A stretch of DNA of 64,000 nt from the NCBI GenBank assembly GCA_019058445.1, contig JAHPZA010000003.1:32001-96000 (forward strand), read 5' to 3'. This DNA comes from Promethearchaeota archaeon. GTDB lineage: Archaea > Asgardarchaeota > Lokiarchaeia > Sigyniarchaeales > SOKP01. The notes beneath the pieces are model-generated. The model was not told the DNA's origin. It searched no databases and was given only the letters and a program-made list of their open reading frames with translations. Below are positions 28,551 to 36,699 of the stretch, in pieces. Both the position numbers and the translations under genes were made by a program. Positions within the stretch are counted from its first letter, which is position 1. Every line of letters begins with the position of its first letter.

Positions 28551-29129
28551 TCATAAAAGCTTATCATATGCTAATTGATGATCCTCTAATATCTTTTCAG
28601 TTATTTTTTTAAAACTCTGGAGAATATTTACATTGTTTTTAGCAGATGTTCTTATAAAATCTTTCTCATTATGTCGATTCATGAATTGTTTAATGACCAA
28701 GTCATCCACTCTACTATGTTTATCCAGTTTTTTAACAAGATCTTCTTTTGTGCCAAGTATTATTTTCGGACAGTTTATTACTTTCTCATCAGTTAGTCTT
28801 TCATACCACCAGTCTAAGCTCAAAAGACTCTGCATATTAGTGAGATCAAAAGTCATAAATATCCCATTTGCGCCATTAATGTAGTATGTAAATAACCGTT
28901 TAAATTGCTCTTGTCCTCCGAAATCCCAAACTGACAACCTTATAAAGGATTTTTTCTTTTCAATCAATACGGGTAATTCATATGTATAGAAATCAATTCC
29001 AATCGTTAGTTTAGTGTTCGCATCAAAAGTGTCATAGCATAATCTTCTTGCGATGCATGTCTTCCCGACTGCACCAGCACCTAATAAACATATCTTGAAA
29101 ATATATGCAGGTTGTGGTTTTTCTGGCAT
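28551..29129 (-). CDS. Rab/Roc-like small GTPase (paralog of 16421..17026)
   Basis: GAGAVGKT, LTIGIDF, WDFGGQEQF, GTKED, RTSAK; both paralogs end YDK(I/L)L. Confidence 0.9.
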   Translation of the reverse strand: MPEKPQPAYIFKICLLGAGAVGKTCIARRLCYDTFDANTKLTIGIDFYTYELPVLIEKKKSFIRLSVWDFGGQEQFKRLFTYYINGANGIFMTFDLTNMQSLLSLDWWYERLTDEKVINCPKIILGTKEDLVKKLDKHSRVDDLVIKQFMNRHNEKDFIRTSAKNNVNILQSFKKITEKILEDHQLAYDKLL

Positions 29130-29311
29130 TATTTTTACCGATTATAATAAATTAATTTGTTTTAGAAGAATAAAATCTTTAATTGGTCTTAATTAATTTA
29201 TTAAATTTCCAATTATATAGAATTAAAAAAATTCCCTTCTTTAAATTTAAGTTTTTTTATATTATTATAAATTTTAAAAAAGAAAAATTTTTTGAAATAT
29301 GCTAAATTCGT

Positions 29312-31309
29312 TTATTTTCCAAATTGTTCTCGAATTTTCGATCTTAAAACCTTTCCCACAGGCGAGATGGGAAATTCTTGGGTGAATACAACAGACCTTG
29401 GTTTTTTATAACTAGCAATTTTCCCCTCAACAAATTGTATGACCTCTTCTTGAGTCATTGCTTTGCCTTCCTTTAAAATGACGACAGCTCGTACTGTTTC
29501 ACCCCACTCTTCATCGGGAATTCCAATGACACAAACTTGATCTATCTTCGGGTGTTCAATTAGAACTTCTTCCACTTCAATAGGAAACACTTTTTCACCA
29601 CCAGTATTTATACACTCTTTCATTCGTTCCACAACGAAAAATTGTCCATTTTTTACGTAACCAAGATCGCCACTGTGGAGATACCCATCATCATCGATCG
29701 TTTGGGCGGTTTTATCGGGATCTTTATAATAACCTTTCATTACAGATGCACCTCGATAGCAAATTTCACCTATCTCACCATCTGGAACTGGATTATTATT
29801 CTCATCGACTACTTTCATTTCCAATCCCTCAAGAAGAGTGCCCACACATCTATCTTGCACATTATCGACATCTCCGTCCACTTTCATTGTAGTTACAGGA
29901 GCTGTTTCAGATTGGCCAAAAGCATCCACAATCACAGCATTGGGAAAATATTGTAAAATCTTTTTCTTATATTTTCCTTGCAGTACTGCTGCCCCAGATA
30001 AGCCGATAGAAAGGGATGATAAATCATACTCACTTCCTGATGTCTCTAAGGCATCTAAAACTCGCTTCCACATGGTAGGGACAAGAAATAGAGTTTTTAA
30101 CTTCTGTTGTTCAATCATTTCTAATAATTCTATAGGGTCAAATTTTTTACTGGTAAGAAAGACCACCGTGGAACCTCGAAACATCCAACTTATCAAAAAT
30201 ACGGCATATGACGCAAGATGAAAAAGGGGTGGAACCATTGTATTCTTTTCGATTTCTTCATGTTCAGGTCTGTTTCGCATTGCCTTTTTCAAAGCTTTAA
30301 CAACTTCCTTTTCTCCAGAAACTCTTATTTTCTTCTGCATCATTAATCTAATCATCTTGAACATTAATTTCACTTTTCCCCTTCGAGAATAGGACAGAGT
30401 GCTGATGTTTGCATATTCGCGTAGTCTACTTGCCAATTCCATATGTACTAATCCATGATACTTGCCTTCTGGGGGTTTCCCGAAAAAATGCTTCAATTTC
30501 CCTTCCCGTATTGTATATGTCATCTCTGCAAGAGAAGGTCCAATCTCACTTGGTGTTTCTATTACGATAACCTTATTCTCCCTCTCTGGATTCTCAAAAA
30601 ATACTTCGGGAATACCAGTTAATGATTCTGTATATTCTAAGAGCCGCCTTTGTAGCTCATTTTTTGCATAGACCGGTTCATCGAGTTCATCAACAGGAGG
30701 TAATAACCTCGAAAGAAAAGCTAATGCCATTTCTTCATTTGAAAGAATATTTTCATAGGTTAACATAACCCCCTTAGGACGTCCTGTAGTTCCGCCTGTA
30801 TATATAATTACAGCGATATCATGAATATCGATATCAACCTTAATCTCTTTATCTTTTGCTTCTTGAATAAATTTGGAATAATTTAACATACCAATGGGCG
30901 TATTCGGACCATCATGGATCAAATATTTGACATTTGGGATCCTATCATGGATTTTCTGAATCTCTAGAAGGGCATCATCATCAAATATAAATGCAATAGA
31001 GTCACTATTATTAAGTAAAAATTCCATTTCAGAAGCAACATACCGAAAGTTCATTGGTACTGGAATTGCTCCCAATTCTTGTATTCCTATATTCGTAATG
31101 ATAAATTGTGGAGAATTATAAAAAAGAAATGCAACCTTATCGCCTTTTTTAATTCCCAGATTTTTTAGAGCATTAGCCATTTTATTTATTAGCGAATTTA
31201 ATTCCTTCCAGGTGATTTGTTTGTCGCCATAAATAATTGCTAATCGATTTTTTGGATAATGCGTGGCTTTGATATATACTGCTTCTTTAAATTTTCCTAA
31301 ACGGACCAT
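29312..31309 (-). CDS. Long-chain acyl-CoA ligase (ANL family) with an internal ~150-aa SCP2-like insertion
   Basis: YTGGTTGRPKG, PPLFH, FGQSE, LHSGDLG, GGEKVFPIEVE, PVGKV. An extra segment lies between the P-loop and PPLFH. Confidence 0.88.
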   Translation of the reverse strand: MVRLGKFKEAVYIKATHYPKNRLAIIYGDKQITWKELNSLINKMANALKNLGIKKGDKVAFLFYNSPQFIITNIGIQELGAIPVPMNFRYVASEMEFLLNNSDSIAFIFDDDALLEIQKIHDRIPNVKYLIHDGPNTPIGMLNYSKFIQEAKDKEIKVDIDIHDIAVIIYTGGTTGRPKGVMLTYENILSNEEMALAFLSRLLPPVDELDEPVYAKNELQRRLLEYTESLTGIPEVFFENPERENKVIVIETPSEIGPSLAEMTYTIREGKLKHFFGKPPEGKYHGLVHMELASRLREYANISTLSYSRRGKVKLMFKMIRLMMQKKIRVSGEKEVVKALKKAMRNRPEHEEIEKNTMVPPLFHLASYAVFLISWMFRGSTVVFLTSKKFDPIELLEMIEQQKLKTLFLVPTMWKRVLDALETSGSEYDLSSLSIGLSGAAVLQGKYKKKILQYFPNAVIVDAFGQSETAPVTTMKVDGDVDNVQDRCVGTLLEGLEMKVVDENNNPVPDGEIGEICYRGASVMKGYYKDPDKTAQTIDDDGYLHSGDLGYVKNGQFFVVERMKECINTGGEKVFPIEVEEVLIEHPKIDQVCVIGIPDEEWGETVRAVVILKEGKAMTQEEVIQFVEGKIASYKKPRSVVFTQEFPISPVGKVLRSKIREQFGK

Positions 31310-31622
31310 ATTTAATTCCCTTGGATTTTAATTAACTTTTCATATTATTTCTTTTTTAATCAACATTTGAGAAAAAGTAATTTAAATGTTTTCTTATCAT
31401 TTTAAGCCGAAGTTAAATTTTCGCTCATCTAAAAAGCCAGTATAGTTCTTAAGGTGATATACGATAATTTACTTTTTTAAAAATTTTTACTGTCATTATG
31501 AAAAACTTGACAAAAAGATTAAATACTTTAGATTAAAAACATTAAACTATAAAATAAATCATTTCGAATATACTATCAAATTAAAATAAAAAAAACCAAT
31601 TGGGAATTTAGGAGATATTTAT

Positions 31623-32495
31623 ATGTGTCAATGGTGTATGAAACACGGCGCAGGTAAAAAATGGTATCTTAATTCAAAAAATTATTTTGCCGATCAGATT
31701 GCTCCCGAAAATGAAATGAGAGAATATTTAGAAGAACAATGGAAGAATATGGAAAATTTATTCATTCGAAAGATCAAGGGATTTAGTTCAGTTGGCTTAG
31801 GATATAAAATGAAGATGCCTATTATTGGACGGGTACTCCGGGCTGCTGCTGAAGGGATGATTCACAGTGAGAAACAACACAGAAATCCCGTAAGAGCTGA
31901 TGGTCATTTTGGGCAAGCAATTCCGTTAGAAGAAGCAAAATTAATTATGTCTGAATTGGCAGCAGAACCAATCATTGAAAATTATTGCTTATGCCGATAC
32001 ATGCAGCGCGGCACTAAAGAGTGCTGTTGCATTAATTTCGGGGTATTATCTGAAATAATTGAGAAAATTCCTCGATATATTCCAAAGGATCGCGTAGTGA
32101 GGATAGATCGGGAAACGGCTATGGAACGTTTGGAAGAGCATAATAAAAAAGGCTATATTGCCTCTGTATGGTTTCAACCAGTACCATATATCAATGCAAT
32201 ATGTTCTTGTGAAAGCCCTGAATGTGGAGGGCTCCGTTTGAGAACTAGTTTTGACTTAAATGCATTTTATAAAGCAGAATATATCATTCAATTAGATCAA
32301 GATAAATGTCAGGGATGTAAACAATGTGTGTCCATGTGCCAATTTGGTGCATTGCGCTATATACCCTCTCAAAAAAGAGTTATCGTGGATTACGATAAAT
32401 GCTTCGGATGTGGAGTTTGCAGACATGCGTGTAATAATGATGCGCTGAAACTAATCCCACGAGAAGAATTCCCTGGATGGGATGGAACATATTAG
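31623..32495 (+). CDS. Cys-rich 4Fe-4S dicluster (ferredoxin-domain) protein
   Basis: N-terminal MCQWC, CLCR, ICSC..PEC, and two C-terminal CxxCxxCxxxC motifs. Confidence 0.85.
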   Translation: MCQWCMKHGAGKKWYLNSKNYFADQIAPENEMREYLEEQWKNMENLFIRKIKGFSSVGLGYKMKMPIIGRVLRAAAEGMIHSEKQHRNPVRADGHFGQAIPLEEAKLIMSELAAEPIIENYCLCRYMQRGTKECCCINFGVLSEIIEKIPRYIPKDRVVRIDRETAMERLEEHNKKGYIASVWFQPVPYINAICSCESPECGGLRLRTSFDLNAFYKAEYIIQLDQDKCQGCKQCVSMCQFGALRYIPSQKRVIVDYDKCFGCGVCRHACNNDALKLIPREEFPGWDGTY

Positions 32496-32503
32496 GTGGT
32501 GAT

Positions 32504-32785
32504 ATGAGTAAAGCAAAAGGGAGATCAAAAATGAAAAAAACGAAAATTAAAATCGATTATACAAAGTGTGGGGATAAGGGAGGGATTGATCCTCGAGAAT
32601 GTACAATATGTCTGAAAGTATGTGATCCTTGTGTGTTTTTGATGCATAGTGTAATAGGAGCAGAAGAAGAAGATCCGAATGATCCCCAAGTATGGCGTAT
32701 AACAGCAGTCTGGCCTTCAGTTTGTATGAGATGTATGGCATGTGTTGAGGCTTGCCCTGAACAGGCCATAACTGTCAAATGGTAA
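32504..32785 (+). CDS. Small ferredoxin-like protein
   Basis: C..CTICLKVCDP and CMRCMACVEACP. ATG 32504 follows the ribosome-binding site AGGTGGTG. Confidence 0.8.
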   Translation: MSKAKGRSKMKKTKIKIDYTKCGDKGGIDPRECTICLKVCDPCVFLMHSVIGAEEEDPNDPQVWRITAVWPSVCMRCMACVEACPEQAITVKW

Positions 32786-32840
32786 TTCTAAATAATATTA
32801 TAATTTTTATATCTGCAGATCTCAGCCATAGCATGAAATT

Positions 32841-33359
32841 TTAAGCTGATGTGAAATGATCTATAAATTTTTTTTTGTCTTTTTTAAAATTTTCAATAAT
32901 TCTACTTTCATTATTCCTATTAGGACAAGAATCACATTCAGAATTTTCTCCGCAATTACCTTTAGCAATATTCTTTTCGATTAATATCTTTCCAAAATTT
33001 TTAAATTGACCTATATTGCCGTTAAAATGCTCAATTTTTTGAAAATATAGTTGAGAAAATAGATCTCCAATTTTCCGAATTTTATTACTTATAGTTTTTT
33101 GATTATCATCGATATCTGCCACAATTATATAAAATAATCCTGAAATTTTAGTATCTATATAAAAATGAAAAGCTATTTCATTAAAATTTATGCTTTTAAT
33201 GGAGGATCCTGTTATTTCTTCAGAAATCATCTGAAGTGCTGATATATAGCTAGTAATTAAGTTAACGTCATGAGTTAAAGAATGACACTCTCCAAAATTT
33301 TGATTTACCAATGCAATACCATCTTTGACAATAAATAAATTCTGAATCAATATACCCAA
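32841..33359 (-). CDS. Longin-like domain protein with a Cys-rich tail
   Basis: IQNLFIVKDGIALV...LITSYISALQMISEEITGSSIKSINF...FYIIVAD...F...FNGNIGQF; tail CGENSECDSCP. Confidence 0.7.
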   Translation of the reverse strand: MGILIQNLFIVKDGIALVNQNFGECHSLTHDVNLITSYISALQMISEEITGSSIKSINFNEIAFHFYIDTKISGLFYIIVADIDDNQKTISNKIRKIGDLFSQLYFQKIEHFNGNIGQFKNFGKILIEKNIAKGNCGENSECDSCPNRNNESRIIENFKKDKKKFIDHFTSA

Positions 33360-33570
33360 GGTTAACTTATTCGTGACTTATTTAGAGTTAAACAACTTCC
33401 AAGATATTAAAAAGTATTTCTTATGGAATATTATAGATTTTCTCATTTTATCTTCTTTAAATAAATCAATGATACAGAGATTCTATTCACAAAAAAGTCA
33501 CATGCTTAATAGACTCATTTAAAACAAGATTTTTAAAATTAAATTAACTATCCTTTAAATTATTTGAATC

Positions 33571-34611
33571 CTACTTAGACTTTTCATAGAGGTATTTTGC
33601 CATTTTATAAAAAGATTCTTTAACATTATCGCCCGTTAAAGCAGACGTTTCAATGTACTCCAAATTTAGTTCATTAGCCAAATTCATAGCTTCTTTTTTC
33701 GTTATTTTCCTTTCTTCAACTTTATCACTTTTATTTCCTAAGATGAACCCGACTAATTGCTCTTCTATGTCGACATGTCTCTTTATATCCTTGTGCCAAT
33801 TTCTAATGTCATTGAAACTCTTTGGATTAGTCAAATCAAACACCAAAAGAACTCCTCTGGCGCCTTTATAAAATGCGCTCCTCATAGTTTCAAATTTCGA
33901 TTGTCCCGCAATGTCCCAGAGTACTAGTTGTATGTTAGATTTTTTAAAGCGAATAATTTTATCTTTTACGTTTATCCCGATTGAGGGGATATATTTTCTA
34001 TCAAAAGCACTTTCAGTAAATCGAAGTATTGTGCTTGTCTTGCCAACCATTGGATCACCACAGACTATAATTTTGAATTGGTAATCTATTTTACCTTTAT
34101 CTTCGATATATTCTTCAGGAAATGCTTCTGATTCTTGGAGTGAAGATTCTTTAATTCGAAGTTCGTTTAAAATTTTTAAAACTTTTACACGAAGATTCTT
34201 TATTTCCTTTTGAATTTTTTTCCTTTCAGCTTTTGATTCTTCAATTTTAATAATATTTTGTGCGACTTCATTGAAGTCAGGATTAAAATATTCCATCCCC
34301 TTATAAAAAACGATATCATCAACCTCATTAAATAATAACGTAATTGCCGCTTGCCCAACCCCTCCACGACGGTCCTCATCTTTGTATTGGATATATTTAA
34401 TCAATCCCTTTAAACCAATAGAGGGAAAAGGAATAATGGCAATAGATTCTGGAATTAACCCTTGCTCAGCAGTCAAAAGAGTTATAGCTTTTATGCTAAC
34501 ATGAGTTAAGAGATCATCAGATAAATCAATAGGCTCCCAAATCTGCGGATCTGGTCCTATTTCCTCATCAACTTCAGTGTAAATAATACCATATACAAGA
34601 GATTCATCCAT
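33571..34611 (-). CDS. uDENN/longin-like domain fused to a Rab-like small GTPase
   Basis: N-terminal IIYTEVDEEIGP...P and KDEDRRGG motifs. C-terminal GDPMVGKT, YIPSIG, WDIAGQ, NKSD, ETSA. Confidence 0.82.
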   Translation of the reverse strand: MDESLVYGIIYTEVDEEIGPDPQIWEPIDLSDDLLTHVSIKAITLLTAEQGLIPESIAIIPFPSIGLKGLIKYIQYKDEDRRGGVGQAAITLLFNEVDDIVFYKGMEYFNPDFNEVAQNIIKIEESKAERKKIQKEIKNLRVKVLKILNELRIKESSLQESEAFPEEYIEDKGKIDYQFKIIVCGDPMVGKTSTILRFTESAFDRKYIPSIGINVKDKIIRFKKSNIQLVLWDIAGQSKFETMRSAFYKGARGVLLVFDLTNPKSFNDIRNWHKDIKRHVDIEEQLVGFILGNKSDKVEERKITKKEAMNLANELNLEYIETSALTGDNVKESFYKMAKYLYEKSK

Positions 34612-34898
34612 GTTAGTTCCTTTCGTTGGTTAATTCTCAATTCGTTGCATTAAATACTTTACAATAACTCCATTTAACAAGTATCATTATTATATAGCAA
34701 TAATAGTTTACGTTCTTTTAACTTCTTGTGTTTTTCCTTATGAGAATATTAACATTTATGTTACTTTTCTTTAAAAAATTTTTGACTCAGAATATCTCTC
34801 ATTTTTGTACAAGAATGCCTTTTTGAGTATATTAGAAAATCTTTCCAAAGGATAAGAAGAGGTATTTTTAATTTGAAAAATAACCTTTAGTGCTTAAG

Positions 34899-36044
34899 TT
34901 AAAGTGGTAAGGTAAAGTGGAAAGATGTTCCATGACCAACTTGGCTTAAAACCCCTATTTGACCATTGTGGCTTTCAATAATTTTTTTGGAAATAGCAAG
35001 TCCTAATCCAGTACCTTTCTCTCCATTTTTAGGTTTTATACTAGTAGTTTGGAACTCTTTAAATAATTTAGAGATCTCCTCTTCAGGAATTCCTGGTCCT
35101 TTGTCGATCACTCTAGTAATTACTTTATGGGGTTCTTGTTTAATTTTCACTAATATTTTTGATCCTTCCGGAGAGAATTTGATTGCATTGCCAATTAGAT
35201 TATTTATTACTTGCTGCATTTTATTCGAGTCAAATTCTAAAGTAAGAATTTCTCCATCATATTCCATTTCTATATCAATTGACTTCTCTTTTGAAATTAA
35301 TCTATTGTATATTAAGCATTCTTCAACGAATTCTTTATAGTTTCTTCTCCTTAAGTCTAAATGTAAATTTCCAGATTCGATTTTAGAAATGTCTAATAAG
35401 TCATTTACTAAATTGCCCATAAATTTGCTAGAATTTTGAATCATGGAGAGTAATTCAGATTTTCCTTGAATTGTAATACTATCTGGGTGTTCTAAAAGTA
35501 ATTGAGATGCAGATTTGACTACATTTATAGGATTTCTAAGATCATGGGCGGCAATTCCTAAGAATTCGTTTTTGAAATAATTTAACTCTTCAAGATGTTT
35601 TCTTTGGTTCTCTAATTCGGATATGTCTTGAATCATGACTAATGCATAATCAACCGCATTAAATTCAAGATAATTTGTTGTTACATAGAAATGCTTCATA
35701 ACGAACTCTTCTCCGATAAAAAACTCACGCGTAATAAGAGCATTTAGGTTTCCCTCTTTATCTTTAAGACATATAATTAGATTTTTCCTTATCTCACAAT
35801 TATTGCAATTCATTGTTTCTCCACAATCCGTTTGTTCTTTCACAGGAAAAATACACCCCAAAGCATTGCCACAAAGTTCATTATAGACTTCATCCCAAGA
35901 TTTATGAAAAAGTTTAGTAAAGGACTTATTTACATTTTGTACCCGTACATGTTCGTCAACGATAAACACAGCTGTTGGCATATTATCAAATAGTTTTCTT
36001 AAGAAATCATTTTTTCCTATTAACTCTTTTAAATGCTCTGACAT
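34899..36044 (-). CDS. Cytoplasmic PAS-domain sensor histidine kinase (HisKA + HATPase_c)
   Basis: AAHDLRNP, NNLIGNAIKFS, DKGPGI, GTGLGL. The PAS domain carries a Cys cluster. The likely start is ATG 36044, after GGGAG. Confidence 0.9.
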   Translation of the reverse strand: MSEHLKELIGKNDFLRKLFDNMPTAVFIVDEHVRVQNVNKSFTKLFHKSWDEVYNELCGNALGCIFPVKEQTDCGETMNCNNCEIRKNLIICLKDKEGNLNALITREFFIGEEFVMKHFYVTTNYLEFNAVDYALVMIQDISELENQRKHLEELNYFKNEFLGIAAHDLRNPINVVKSASQLLLEHPDSITIQGKSELLSMIQNSSKFMGNLVNDLLDISKIESGNLHLDLRRRNYKEFVEECLIYNRLISKEKSIDIEMEYDGEILTLEFDSNKMQQVINNLIGNAIKFSPEGSKILVKIKQEPHKVITRVIDKGPGIPEEEISKLFKEFQTTSIKPKNGEKGTGLGLAISKKIIESHNGQIGVLSQVGHGTSFHFTLPL

Positions 36045-36221
36045 AATGCTCCCTAATTCCACAAATTCTAATAAAGATTCAATTTTAATAAAATAACTCA
36101 AACATTTATAATTTTTATTTTTTTAAATTGATCGAGATTAAAGAACGAATTAATTATTTATAAGCCTATAATTTTAAAAACAGTAATGATTTAAACTCTC
36201 AAATAATCGTTAGAGAAAAGG

Positions 36222-36512
36222 TTAATCTTTTATAGTCTCTAAGAGTGAGATGATTCTGTAAATAACCGTCCTTGAATGGAAAGGAATGTTTGGATCTTGT
36301 GAAAGATCACCCACCAAATACATCACGTTTGATGCAAGAATTCCTGGAGAATCGTTGCTCTCATTAATAATATTAATTCCTTGTTGGGCAAGTCGCTTGA
36401 TATTTCGAGGCACAGATCTATCTTGCAACATTCCTTGTAAAAGAATAATTACATTTTTAAAAGCCTCTTCTTGTTCTTTGGTAAGTTTTTCTTTTGGCAC
36501 TATTGCAGACAC
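36222..36512 (-). CDS. UPF0147 family protein (archaeal)
   Basis: QDRSVPRNIKR and SQDPNIPFHSRTVIYRIISLLE. Confidence 0.88.
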   Translation of the reverse strand: MSAIVPKEKLTKEQEEAFKNVIILLQGMLQDRSVPRNIKRLAQQGINIINESNDSPGILASNVMYLVGDLSQDPNIPFHSRTVIYRIISLLETIKD

Positions 36513-36699
36513 CTTAACTGTATTTTAAGTATTAGAATGAATGTAAAAAAAATCGAGGAAAATTAATCTTTTAAATTAATAAATAAATATAATTTTTTTG
36601 ATTTGATCAAATCCCTTTTAAGAATAGGAAAGGTAATGATTAGTACTCGTAAAATGAGAGAGAATACAATCTTTTAAGTATTGATCAATTAATTCCTTA

